Positions 11,281 through 20,477 of a DNA stretch of 32,000 nucleotides are shown in pieces. The stretch spans positions 2,130,001 through 2,162,000 of the forward strand of contig NZ_LT906458.1 in NCBI RefSeq assembly GCF_900187275.1, given 5' to 3'. Source of the stretch: Pasteurella multocida. GTDB taxonomy: Bacteria > Pseudomonadota > Gammaproteobacteria > Enterobacterales > Pasteurellaceae. Position numbers and translations under genes: made by a program. A model generated the notes under the pieces. That model saw nothing but the letters and a program-made list of their open reading frames with translations, was not told where the DNA came from and ran no database searches. Position 1 is the stretch's first letter, and each line of letters begins with the position of its first letter.

Positions 11281-12864
11281 TCAGCTTAGTAAGTAAATTA
11301 AAAGCCAGATCACTAAGCCAGTGCATAACCCCAGAATAAAGGAGGTGAAGTGAGGAATGTTACGTTTTTTGGCTAAGGTGCGATTTAAATGGATTAACTC
11401 ATCAGCGATAATTTTTTGTTGCGCGAGGGCATCCATCACATTTTCTGGTAAATCAACCAAATGTTCACGCCAATATGGCAGTTTTTGTTTAACAGATTTA
11501 GTAAAGGCTTTTATGCCCATTTGCTCATCGAGCCATTTTTGTAAGAAGGGCTTCGCGGTATCCCATAAATCTAGTTGTGGATAAAGCTGTCTGCCTAACC
11601 CTTCAATGTAAAGTAACGTTTTTTGTAGTAACACCAATTGTGGCTGGACTTCCATATTGTATTCGCGTGCCACATTAAACAGGTTTAAGAGCACATGTCC
11701 AAAGGAAATCTCGGATAAGGGTTTAGCAAAAATTGGCTCACACACCTCACGAAAAGCTTGCTCAAAATCATCAATATTCGTGTCTTTGGGCGTCCAACCC
11801 GATGCAACATGCATTTCCGCAACACGGCGATAGTCGCGATTAAAAAACGCCACAAAACTTTCCGCTAAATAACGTTTATCATGATCATTGAGGCGTCCCA
11901 CAATACCACAATCGATCCCAATATATTGGGGATCGTCAGGATGTGCTCGATTGACAAAAATATTACCCGGGTGCATGTCGGCATGGAAAAAGCTATCACG
12001 AAAAACCTGAGTAAAAAATACCTGTACACCACGCTCCGCCAGTAATTTCATATTGGTGCCATTAGCATGGAGTTCTTCAATATTGGAAACCGGTATCCCA
12101 TAAATACGTTCCATGACGATGACGGTTTGATGACAAAATTGTTTATACATTTCGGGAATGTATAACATTGGGCTGTTTTCAAAATTGGCACGTAATTGAA
12201 TCGCATTCGCCATTTCACGGCGTAAGTCTAATTCATCGCGTAGGGTTTTTTCATATTCGCGCACGACTTCCACAGGGCGTAGTCTGCGTCCTTCTGCTTT
12301 TATGCGCGGGATCCAACTTGCTACTTTGTACATTAAACTTAAGTCAGCATTAATCATTTGTTGGATGTTAGGGCGTAAAACCTTTAATACCACTTCTTTT
12401 CCTGCCAAACGGCTTTCTAAGTGCGGTGCGTTTTGCTTAAATTTTGCCGTATGGACTTGTGCAATCGAAGCTGAAGCTAAGGCTGTTTCGTTAAATTCAT
12501 CAAACCATGTTTCGAGTGGCGCGCCTAGCGCTTTTTCAATTTGTGCTCTGGCGATCTTGCCATCAAAGGGATCGACTTGATCTTGTAACAACGCTAATTC
12601 ATCAGCAATGTCAGGGGGGAATAAATCACGACGCGTGGAAAGCATTTGTCCTAATTTGATCCAAACTGGTCCCAACTCTTGTAGCGCAAGGCGTAAACGC
12701 AAACCAAATGTTTTGTCCTTATGTTGATTTCGTAGCCAAAATAGGGTTTTTCGCCAGCAGCGGATTGCACGTGTATAGCGGTGCTGGGGTAGGGCCTCAT
12801 CAATCCCGTAAAGTAAGAAAGTTTTAATGATGTTATATAAGTGGGAAATATCTTTAATTTGCAT
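11281..12864 (-). CDS. ubiB: Ubiquinone biosynthesis regulatory protein kinase UbiB (ABC1/ADCK family)
   Basis: 527 aa with ASIAQVH, the [11 protein letters not shown] kinase-like motifs and a C-terminal TM pair. Confidence 0.92.
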   Translation of the reverse strand: MQIKDISHLYNIIKTFLLYGIDEALPQHRYTRAIRCWRKTLFWLRNQHKDKTFGLRLRLALQELGPVWIKLGQMLSTRRDLFPPDIADELALLQDQVDPFDGKIARAQIEKALGAPLETWFDEFNETALASASIAQVHTAKFKQNAPHLESRLAGKEVVLKVLRPNIQQMINADLSLMYKVASWIPRIKAEGRRLRPVEVVREYEKTLRDELDLRREMANAIQLRANFENSPMLYIPEMYKQFCHQTVIVMERIYGIPVSNIEELHANGTNMKLLAERGVQVFFTQVFRDSFFHADMHPGNIFVNRAHPDDPQYIGIDCGIVGRLNDHDKRYLAESFVAFFNRDYRRVAEMHVASGWTPKDTNIDDFEQAFREVCEPIFAKPLSEISFGHVLLNLFNVAREYNMEVQPQLVLLQKTLLYIEGLGRQLYPQLDLWDTAKPFLQKWLDEQMGIKAFTKSVKQKLPYWREHLVDLPENVMDALAQQKIIADELIHLNRTLAKKRNIPHFTSFILGLCTGLVIWLLIYLLS

Positions 12865-12881
12865 GGGTTGTCCCTATTGGG

Positions 12882-13514
12882 CTATTTCTTTTTGAAAAGC
12901 ATTTCAATTTTTTGTTCTAAATGCGCGGTTTGGTGTTCTAAGTGTTTAACTTGATCACAAAAATCCGCGATAGCCAAACTTGGTGAAATAACTTGCCATT
13001 CTTCCGTTAAGCGCTCACCCCAAAATTGTTGGCTTTGGTTAAGTTTGTATTTTATCGAACGGGTTAATTTCGTCAGAAAATCTACTGCCGTTTGTGCAGG
13101 GACATCGCCAAGATAAGGAGAAAGCAATTCTGCGGGATCTTTCTCTAAAAATTCAATCAGGGCGACAAAATCTTGTAACACCTGTAAATCGCCTTGCAGG
13201 TAAATGGACTTATCATTAATAAATTGGCTTAACTGCGATTTCTTCGGCAAATGAAACAGTAAGCTTGGCGCAATATCCACAGCACAGTCAGTTTCACCTT
13301 CATATCGGCTGAGTAACTCAATCCGTTGTGAAGAAAAGAAAAAATAGATTGGTAAGTCTATTTTTTGTAATTTGACTGCTAAAACCTTGTTATTGAGCTT
13401 GCGTAAATAGGGCGCGCAATAAGCGGTCTGTTGAATCAATTTATTAAGCAGTGTTTCTACACCTGCGCATAGATATTGTGGCAACATCAGTTGCTGAAAA
13501 AAGGTGAATTGCAT
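12882..13514 (-). CDS. ubiJ: Ubiquinone biosynthesis accessory factor UbiJ (SCP2 domain, YigP-like)
   Basis: 210 aa. It lies between ubiE and ubiB as in the E. coli ubiE-ubiJ-ubiB unit, with an SCP2-like N-terminal region and a C-terminal coiled coil. Confidence 0.7.
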   Translation of the reverse strand: MQFTFFQQLMLPQYLCAGVETLLNKLIQQTAYCAPYLRKLNNKVLAVKLQKIDLPIYFFFSSQRIELLSRYEGETDCAVDIAPSLLFHLPKKSQLSQFINDKSIYLQGDLQVLQDFVALIEFLEKDPAELLSPYLGDVPAQTAVDFLTKLTRSIKYKLNQSQQFWGERLTEEWQVISPSLAIADFCDQVKHLEHQTAHLEQKIEMLFKKK

Positions 13515-13674
13515 AGATACTCTTTAGCTCACTAAGGCACTCTGGGTGATTTTTTTGTTGCTGTTTGCTTCTTTGGGTTGATATTTATTCTGAATTTGTT
13601 GTACCTGGATGACAATTAAGAAAATAGCAAGGCAAGGGGAATTGCTAATATACTGTCAAACATCGTGATTGTCG

Positions 13675-13830
13675 CTAAATCATGTTAGCGATGTTTTTAT
13701 TTACGAATAAGAGCGCATCAGTTGCTTGCATAATTTCACGGCTTAGCCCTATTTGTACCACATAAATCAGAATATCGAGTCCTAGTAATATCAAGACCTG
13801 TTTTGAATGATTTTTAGCTCGATATTTCAT
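13675..13830 (-). CDS. Hypothetical 51-aa protein with one predicted TM segment (below the ORF-track cutoff)
   Basis: ATG at 13830 is preceded by GAGGGGAG at 6-nt spacing. My hand translation gives MKYRAKNHSKQVLILLGLDILIYVVQIGLSREIMQATDALLFVNKNIANMI, stop TAG. There is no homology evidence. Confidence 0.3.
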   Translation of the reverse strand: MKYRAKNHSKQVLILLGLDILIYVVQIGLSREIMQATDALLFVNKNIANMI

Positions 13831-13848
13831 GTGGGTCTCCCCTCAATG

Positions 13849-14655
13849 TTAGAACTTATAACCTCGGTGTAATGCTACAATGCCTGCACTTAAATTATAG
13901 TAATTAACTTGTTCAAAGCCAGCGTCAATCATCATTTGTTTTAAAACATCTTGTGCGGGGTGCATACGGATAGATTCAGCAAGATAGCGATAACTTTCAC
14001 TATCATTGACCACCACTTCGCCAATTTTAGGCAAAATATTGAAAGAGTAGAAATTATAAATTTTACTGAGTGGATCTAAAATCGGTTTGGAAAACTCCAA
14101 CACCAATAAGCGACCACCGGGTTTTAACACGCGAAACATAGAACGTAGTGCTTTGTCTTTGTCTGTGACGTTACGTAAACCAAAGCTGATGATCACACAA
14201 TCAAAAGTGTTGTCAGGAAAAGGCAGTGCTTCAGCATTAGCTTGTACATAATTAACATTGCCGACAACGCCGAGGTTACGCAGTTTTTCCCGACCGACCC
14301 GTAACATCGAATCATTAATATCAGCAAGGATCACTTCACCGCTAGGTCCTACAAGGCGCGAGAATTTTGCCGTAAAATCTCCCGTTCCACCCGCCAGATC
14401 TAACACCTTATGTCCTTTACGTACCCCACTGCAGTCAATGGTAAAGCGTTTCCAAACGCGATGAATACCAAATGAAAGTAAATCATTCATTAAATCGTAT
14501 TTGCCCGCGACGGAATGGAAGACATTGGCAACCATTTTTTGTTTTTCCGATTTTGCCACAGTTTTAAAGCCAAAATGCGTGGTTTCTTCTGTGGTAGGAG
14601 ATAAAGTCGGGTCGAGTTGCACTTGTTCGGTCGCAAAAGCGTGTTGATCTGTCAT
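13849..14655 (-). CDS. ubiE: Demethylmenaquinone / 2-methoxy-6-polyprenyl-1,4-benzoquinol methyltransferase UbiE
   Basis: Contains the [13 protein letters not shown] motif, FGLRNVTDK and YRYLAESI. Confidence 0.93.
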   Translation of the reverse strand: MTDQHAFATEQVQLDPTLSPTTEETTHFGFKTVAKSEKQKMVANVFHSVAGKYDLMNDLLSFGIHRVWKRFTIDCSGVRKGHKVLDLAGGTGDFTAKFSRLVGPSGEVILADINDSMLRVGREKLRNLGVVGNVNYVQANAEALPFPDNTFDCVIISFGLRNVTDKDKALRSMFRVLKPGGRLLVLEFSKPILDPLSKIYNFYSFNILPKIGEVVVNDSESYRYLAESIRMHPAQDVLKQMMIDAGFEQVNYYNLSAGIVALHRGYKF

Positions 14656-14694
14656 AGCAAATATCCATAGAGCTTAAATTAGACTAAGGATAAC

Positions 14695-14723
14695 AAAAAA
14701 TAGCGGAGAATTCCGCTATTTTT
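14695..14723. terminator. Bidirectional-type terminator after the pirin gene
   Basis: aaaaaatagcgga-gaat-tccgctattttt. Confidence 0.7.
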
Positions 14724-14729
14724 CTTGTG

Positions 14730-15431
14730 TTATACTAAATCGAACAATAAAAATTCGCTGTTTTGAATCAGTTCAATCTGTAAGGCATTTTCGTGTGTAA
14801 TTGCTAGACCGTCACTGGTGTTGAGTAGGACGTCATTCACACGGAGTTGTCCTTTTACCAGTTGTAGCCAATAGCGCCGCGTTGGCAAAAGTGGAATCGT
14901 TTTGACCGCACTTTGTTCTAAACTAAGTTGCCAACGCCATAAAGACATGTCTTGATGAATATAAAAGGCGCCGTCTTTTGCCTCAGGGGATAAAATTAAG
15001 GTTGCCCCTTCTGTGTCAGCAAAGCGACCTTGCTCATAACGCGGTGCAATGCCTTTTGACTTCGGTAAGATCCAGATTTGGTATAAATGGACATCATGCT
15101 CACTACTTGGATTGATTTCAGCGTGATGCACGCCTGATCCTGCCGACATGATTTGAAATTCGCCAGCATGTAATTGGGTGTGATTACCCATACTATCTTG
15201 ATGTTCAATTGTGCCAGACAAGATATAGGTTAAAATTTCCATATCTTGATGCGGATGCATACCGAAACCGTGTTGTGGGGCAATAATATCTTCGTTAATC
15301 ACACGTAAATGTGAGAAGTGTATATGTTGGGGAGAATAATAATCAGCAAAGGAAAAACTATGATATCCCCTTAGCCAGTGGATTGCGGGATGACTTTTTC
15401 CTCTTTCATGTGCATAGCGTACGCGTAACAT
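14730..15431 (-). CDS. Pirin family (cupin) protein, YhhW-like quercetin 2,3-dioxygenase family
   Basis: Contains the GFGMHPHQDMEILTYILSGTIEHQDS metal-binding His/His...His/Glu pattern. 233 aa, bicupin size. Confidence 0.85.
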   Translation of the reverse strand: MLRVRYAHERGKSHPAIHWLRGYHSFSFADYYSPQHIHFSHLRVINEDIIAPQHGFGMHPHQDMEILTYILSGTIEHQDSMGNHTQLHAGEFQIMSAGSGVHHAEINPSSEHDVHLYQIWILPKSKGIAPRYEQGRFADTEGATLILSPEAKDGAFYIHQDMSLWRWQLSLEQSAVKTIPLLPTRRYWLQLVKGQLRVNDVLLNTSDGLAITHENALQIELIQNSEFLLFDLV

Positions 15432-15514
15432 AATCTATTCCTGTGTTTGTGAAGCACTGGAGGCTTGTCTGATTGGCAGCATGCCTGTCGTCAATGCTCT
15501 TTTTTCTAATGGAT

Positions 15515-15553
15515 AAAAAAACACCACTCTTATATTTGTTGGTGGTGTTTTTT
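15515..15553 (-). terminator. Rho-independent terminator after nhaA
   Basis: On the minus strand: aaaaaacaccac-(loop)-gtggtgttttttt. Confidence 0.65.
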
Positions 15554-15560
15554 ATTTGAT

Positions 15561-16742
15561 TTATTGTGCCTCAATGGGGTCTTTTGTGGACATTTTCAAC
15601 AGTAAATAACCTAACACTGCGGAGAAACCAGAACCAATCAGAATACCTAAACGGGCGAGTGCAGTGACATTTTCGCTATCACTTTCTCCACCAAAGGCGA
15701 GACCAGCAAGGAACATGGACATGGTAAATCCAATTCCACAGAGTACAGACACAGCAAAAATTTGTTTGAAATTAATGCCTTCAGACAGCTTAGCAATGCC
15801 TAATTTTACTGCCACAAAACAGAATGAGAAAATCCCCAGAGGTTTACCTAAGAGTAAGCCAAGGGCAATCCCCATTGGTAACGTAGAGGTTAAGTTATCC
15901 ATTCCCATACCAATTAATGAAACCCCAGCATTACAGAAAGCAAACAGTGGGAGAATCGCAAAGGCACTCCAAGGTGATAAAGTATGTTCAAAGTCATCTA
16001 GTGGGCGCTCGCCTTTCTTACCGTTTAATGGGATACAAAAACCGATAATCACTCCCGCCAAAGTGGCGTGTACACCTGATTTGAGTACGGATGCCCAAAG
16101 AATAATACCGACAATGCCGTAAGCCGAGAGTGCAGTAATTTTTAAACGGTTCATTGTGATCAAAATTGCCACAGCAACCCCCGCGAAGATAAAGGCTTGT
16201 GGACTTAAATCATGAGAGAAAAATAGCGCAATAACAACAATCGCCCCTAAGTCATCAATAATCGCCAGTGCCAACAAGAAAATTTTCAGCGCGAGTGGAA
16301 CACGTTTACCTAATAAGGCGATGACGCCAAGGGCAAAAGCGATATCCGTTGCCATCGGAATCGCCCATCCCTCTTGAAATTCAGGATGTGTTGCGTTAAA
16401 CACAAGAAAGACAATTGCAGGAACAACCATACCGCCTGTTGCCGCAATGGCGGGAAAAACAGCACGTTGATAACTGGATAACGAGCCTTCTAGTAATTCA
16501 CGTTTAACTTCCATTCCGACGAGCATGAAAAACACGGCCATAAGACCATCGTTGACCCACATTAAAAGCGGTTTATTGATGATGAATGCACCAATTTGGA
16601 CACTCACTGGTGTTTGCAAAAAATCAAAGTATAAATAACTTAATGGGGTATTGGCTAAAATAATGGCTAAGGTTGCAAAAATGAACAGCAGAATACCACC
16701 TGCCGCTTCTTGTTTCAGAAAGTTTTGAATTGGTGTTAACAT
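15561..16742 (-). CDS. nhaA: Na+/H+ antiporter NhaA
   Basis: Contains the [10 protein letters not shown] (DD motif) region and 12 TM helices. I moved the start to ATG 16742 (MLTPIQNF), preceded by GAGGGGA; the track start is a TTG. Confidence 0.93.
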   Translation of the reverse strand: MLTPIQNFLKQEAAGGILLFIFATLAIILANTPLSYLYFDFLQTPVSVQIGAFIINKPLLMWVNDGLMAVFFMLVGMEVKRELLEGSLSSYQRAVFPAIAATGGMVVPAIVFLVFNATHPEFQEGWAIPMATDIAFALGVIALLGKRVPLALKIFLLALAIIDDLGAIVVIALFFSHDLSPQAFIFAGVAVAILITMNRLKITALSAYGIVGIILWASVLKSGVHATLAGVIIGFCIPLNGKKGERPLDDFEHTLSPWSAFAILPLFAFCNAGVSLIGMGMDNLTSTLPMGIALGLLLGKPLGIFSFCFVAVKLGIAKLSEGINFKQIFAVSVLCGIGFTMSMFLAGLAFGGESDSENVTALARLGILIGSGFSAVLGYLLLKMSTKDPIEAQ

Positions 16743-16804
16743 TTTTCCCCTCAATATCTTTTTTTTATGATGATTATATTTATATCACTTTTTGTGCTGA
16801 AAAA

Positions 16805-16849
16805 TGAAATAAAATGATCGATTACGCCGTAATTTTTCATTTTATTTCA
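16805..16849 (-). terminator. AT-rich long hairpin followed by T5 on the minus strand; possible terminator of the LTA-synthase-family gene and/or an nhaA upstream operator
   Basis: 13-bp arms tgaaataaaatga / tcattttatttca enclose an inner 5-bp stem attac-gcc-gtaat. On the minus strand it is followed by tttttcag. Confidence 0.4.
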
Positions 16850-16921
16850 ATTAATAAGCCTTTCTAAAAGATAAAATTCAGTATGTAGGACGATTTTTGT
16901 CCTATTATTGCTTAGTGTTGT

Positions 16922-18871
16922 TTATTTTTTATCCTCTGATTTATATAACCTATTTTTATATAAATAACTACCCAAGAGTGAATGTGCCAGTGCTTCTTTT
17001 TTTAGCGCTTCTGATAAATTCGCCTCTGTAAAACGATTGGTTTGTTTATCATAGAGATAACCTTTGGCTTCAACTTTGGGGGCAAGGATGACAACCTCGT
17101 TACCTTTCATCATGGCGAGAGTTTGATCATATTGCATAAAAGCACGATTTGGATTGTCTTCTTTGGTTAAGTCATAACCAATCATCGGATAATCGCCACT
17201 GATGCCAGCTAAAGACAGCAACGTTGTAGGCATATCAATTTGGCTGACGAGACGGGCATCACGTTTTATTTCTACATGATCGCCTAACAATAAAGCAGGG
17301 ATATGAAAGTGCTTAATCGGTACTAACGCAGCACCGCCGACACGAGAATCATGGTCAGCAATGACTAAAAACAGCGTATCTTTCCAGTAATCTGCTTGTT
17401 TAGCTAATTTAAAGAAATGACCAATCGCATAGTCTGCATATTTCGCCGCATTATTGCGGGTTTGTTTTGGTTGTTCATAAAGTTCAATTTTACCGTCAGG
17501 GAACTCAAACGGATCATGGTTACTTGAGCTAAACACTAAACTAAAGAACGGTTTACCTTCTTTATGTAAGGCGGTAAAAGTTTCATGGGCTTTATCAAAT
17601 AAGTCTTCATCACTCACTCCCCATGTCGCTTTGAATTTAGGATTGACGTAATCCAATTCATCAATAATGTATTGGAAGCCATTGCCATAGAAGAAGCTTG
17701 CCATATTATCGAAATGCTTTTCACCACCGTAAATAAACGAGGTATGGTAGCCTTGTTTAGCTAATAATTCGGCAATGGTAAAGAAACCATGTTGGCTGTT
17801 ACTGAGTTTGACGACGGCTCGTGCCGGTGTTGGAGTAAAGCCCGCGGTAACGGCTTCAATCCCACGTACAGAACGGGTTCCTGTCGCATACAGGTTCTCA
17901 AATAACCAGCCTTCTTGTGCTAATTTATCGAATTCTGGAGAAAGGGGTAATCCGCCTAAACTGCCAATAAATTGTGCGCCAAGACTTTCTTCTAAAATAA
18001 TCACAATATTTTTAGGTTTGCCTTGGTAAGTGGCTTGGTTTCTGGTTAAGGTTGGATATTGACTAGAAATATAGTCACTTTCTGGACGACCACGCGTTTG
18101 TTTTACAATACGTAGCATTTCATCATCTGCCATTTTGCCGTATAAAGAGGCAGCATTGTCTTCATCTTTAAATTGTTGTGCAGCATAAATAACAGAATAG
18201 CCTGAGTTGAGGACTAATGAATTGACTAAACCGTCGGAAGAGAAGGCAACCATCGCCGGATTAATACCGCGATGCGCAAAAGTTGATCGGGCACCGATAA
18301 AGGCAATAGCGATCACTAACAGAGCAACAACTGGACGGAATTTCCAACTCGGTGAAGATAAGTTTTTCACTGCCCATCCCGCTAATTTCCAATAACAGAG
18401 TGTTGCAGTGGCAGTGACAACTAAGCTAATTACCATGGAGAGCAAATGCCCCTCAAATAGCATAGTAAACACTTCTTTTGGATAAATGAGGTATTCAATG
18501 AAAAGGCGGTTTGGTCGGAAATCATAGGTCTCAATAAATGCAGGTGTGGCAATTTCCATGAACAAGATAAAGACACTGCCAAAGGTTAACCAAACACGTA
18601 ATATTTTTTGCCAAACGCGACCGAGCGCATTATGGTGATAAAGTAATACTGTGAATAAGGCAGGGACGCCAAATAAATAACACAGTGACACAATATCAAT
18701 GCGTAGCCCTTGCACAAATAGCTCGACCCAGCCATTGACTGCGCTCACACGCTCTGCTTGCCAGAGTGACAGCCCTAAACGCGAAAGCGTGAAAACGATG
18801 AGATTAACGAAGACAAAAAAGAAAATGGGGAACAGCAAAGTGCGGTGATTTTTTTCAGAATTTGAATACAT
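16922..18871 (-). CDS. LTA synthase family protein (multi-TM N-terminus plus extracytoplasmic alkaline-phosphatase/sulfatase-fold domain; phosphoglycerol/phospho-headgroup transferase-like)
   Basis: 649 aa with five N-terminal TM helices, then NIVIILEESLG...YATGTRSVRG...VIADHDS. It has a Thr nucleophile context and no C/S-x-P-x-R formylglycine motif. Confidence 0.8.
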   Translation of the reverse strand: MYSNSEKNHRTLLFPIFFFVFVNLIVFTLSRLGLSLWQAERVSAVNGWVELFVQGLRIDIVSLCYLFGVPALFTVLLYHHNALGRVWQKILRVWLTFGSVFILFMEIATPAFIETYDFRPNRLFIEYLIYPKEVFTMLFEGHLLSMVISLVVTATATLCYWKLAGWAVKNLSSPSWKFRPVVALLVIAIAFIGARSTFAHRGINPAMVAFSSDGLVNSLVLNSGYSVIYAAQQFKDEDNAASLYGKMADDEMLRIVKQTRGRPESDYISSQYPTLTRNQATYQGKPKNIVIILEESLGAQFIGSLGGLPLSPEFDKLAQEGWLFENLYATGTRSVRGIEAVTAGFTPTPARAVVKLSNSQHGFFTIAELLAKQGYHTSFIYGGEKHFDNMASFFYGNGFQYIIDELDYVNPKFKATWGVSDEDLFDKAHETFTALHKEGKPFFSLVFSSSNHDPFEFPDGKIELYEQPKQTRNNAAKYADYAIGHFFKLAKQADYWKDTLFLVIADHDSRVGGAALVPIKHFHIPALLLGDHVEIKRDARLVSQIDMPTTLLSLAGISGDYPMIGYDLTKEDNPNRAFMQYDQTLAMMKGNEVVILAPKVEAKGYLYDKQTNRFTEANLSEALKKEALAHSLLGSYLYKNRLYKSEDKK

Positions 18872-19054
18872 AACAGAACCTAACGAATTGGGATAAAAAC
18901 AAAGGAACAGATTGGATCTGCGCTTTGTAGGTATTCATGTATTATTAAACTTTTTTTTATGTTCTGCAATTTTATTCCATGTGCTTTCAGTGTGGTTTGC
19001 TGTAGATAAGCGCAAAATGGATAGACATCCGAGGAGATGAAATGTCGAAAAGAC

Positions 19055-19091
19055 AAGAAGATCAGGCTTTTTGGATCAGCATGATCTTCTT
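19055..19091 (-). terminator. Hairpin terminator after the sulfatase gene
   Basis: 10-bp stem aagaagatca / tgatcttctt with a 17-nt loop. It is followed on the minus strand by gtcttttcg. Confidence 0.5.
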
Positions 19092-19102
19092 TTATTATCG
19101 TG

Positions 19103-20464
19103 CTACGCGGCAGGAAGAATCGTTGGACGTTCTTCTTTTGCTTTTAGCATATGCTCACAGAGTTTTTCACGTAATTCAACACGTACTTGTTCGTAGGCAG
19201 GATCACGCACGAGGTTATTAAGCTCATAAGGGTCTTTCTCTAAATCATAGAGGAAGTCTTCTTGATATACATCACTGCCCGCGTGTACACCACCATGTTT
19301 ATTCGGTGCGAAAACACTATATAAGTATTTTTCTGTGCGGATACAGCGACCTACTCGGCTTTCGCTGATTTGTGCGAACACTTCATTTACTCGGTTTGGA
19401 ATGTTATTTTCTACCACGTCTTGTAGGTTTTCACCAATCATCGCATCACCCACATCAATGCCCGCCATGGCAAGGAAGGTTTTTGGCAAACTTGCGGTAC
19501 TGACTAAGTCTTTGACGCGTTTTCCGCCTTTAAATGCGCCGCCAGCAATGACCAGCGGGACATGCAACGCAGAAGAATGGCAAGAGCGTTTATAGTCATC
19601 ATAACCATTGAGGTTTTCATCAGTGTTGCGAGTCATAAAGTGCGAACCATGATCAGAGGCGAAGACAATAATGGTATTGTCATAGAGTCCTTTCTCTTTT
19701 AATTTCTCAATTAAACGCGCTAAGTTGTCATCTAAGCTACGGCAGCAGCCAAGGTAATCCGGATACATTTCTGCCGCATTACCTTTTAATTCTGCTAAAT
19801 CTTTTGGTAACTCAAAATCTTTGAAACGGATTTTTGAGCCATCCGGTCCTTCATAGCAATGACGATCGTTTTGGTGATGAGGTTCAATATGTGAGATGGT
19901 CATGAAAAACGGTTTATCGCCTTGATATTGATCGAGATATTCCAGCGCAAAGTCGGTAATACAATCAACGCGATAGCCTTTGAATTCACACTTGTTCATA
20001 TTCTCGTCAAAAACATAACCGTCATAGCCGTGAGAGGTGAATTCTAAGACATCTGAGGCTCGCCAAAAGCCTTTATATCCGCCACGACGTTCTGGTGGAA
20101 TCGCACTGGTGGTGTAATCAATCGTTGGCTCTTCTTCAAGTTCGCCATCACTAGCTAAATGCCATTTGCCAATATAGGCAGTGTCATAATCATTTTCATT
20201 AAAATAATCCGCGATGGTTTTAACCCCTTCTGGAAGAGCAATATTATTACGGAAACAGCCCGTTTCGGTTGGGTATAATCCCGTTTGGAAAATTGAACGA
20301 CAAGGACCACAAACCGGTTGTGAAGAGTAGGCTTCTTCAAACACCACACCATCCTCGGCTAATTTATCTAATGTTGGTGTAATATCAAGTGGTTGCCCAT
20401 AAGCACCCACGGTATCCCAACGCTGTTGGTCAGTGAAATAAAAAATAATATTAGGTCTAGTCAT
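19103..20464 (-). CDS. Cys-type (formylglycine-dependent) S1-family sulfatase with no signal peptide, predicted cytoplasmic
   Basis: Begins MTRPNIIFYFTDQQRWD and contains SSQPVCGPCRSIFQTGLYP (C-x-P-x-R...TG), GKWH and FASDHG. I moved the start to ATG 20464, preceded by GAGGAAG and 13 nt after the tctA stop; the track's N-terminal extension overlaps tctA. Confidence 0.88.
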   Translation of the reverse strand: MTRPNIIFYFTDQQRWDTVGAYGQPLDITPTLDKLAEDGVVFEEAYSSQPVCGPCRSIFQTGLYPTETGCFRNNIALPEGVKTIADYFNENDYDTAYIGKWHLASDGELEEEPTIDYTTSAIPPERRGGYKGFWRASDVLEFTSHGYDGYVFDENMNKCEFKGYRVDCITDFALEYLDQYQGDKPFFMTISHIEPHHQNDRHCYEGPDGSKIRFKDFELPKDLAELKGNAAEMYPDYLGCCRSLDDNLARLIEKLKEKGLYDNTIIVFASDHGSHFMTRNTDENLNGYDDYKRSCHSSALHVPLVIAGGAFKGGKRVKDLVSTASLPKTFLAMAGIDVGDAMIGENLQDVVENNIPNRVNEVFAQISESRVGRCIRTEKYLYSVFAPNKHGGVHAGSDVYQEDFLYDLEKDPYELNNLVRDPAYEQVRVELREKLCEHMLKAKEERPTILPAA

Positions 20465-20477
20465 AATGCTTCCTCGT

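Noticed and set aside
16922-18871. Possibility that the 649-aa sulfatase-domain protein is a second formylglycine sulfatase belonging to the operon
   Set aside because: It has no C/S-x-P-x-R motif. It has five N-terminal TM helices and an LtaS/OpgB-like Thr nucleophile context, and a terminator hairpin and a 231-bp gap separate it from the sulfatase operon.
19042-19221. 59-aa + strand ORF with a GAGGAG SD in the gap after the sulfatase gene
   Set aside because: Two thirds of it is antisense to the sulfatase C-terminus, and its first 17 codons are the terminator hairpin itself. The SD-like sequence is probably coincidental.
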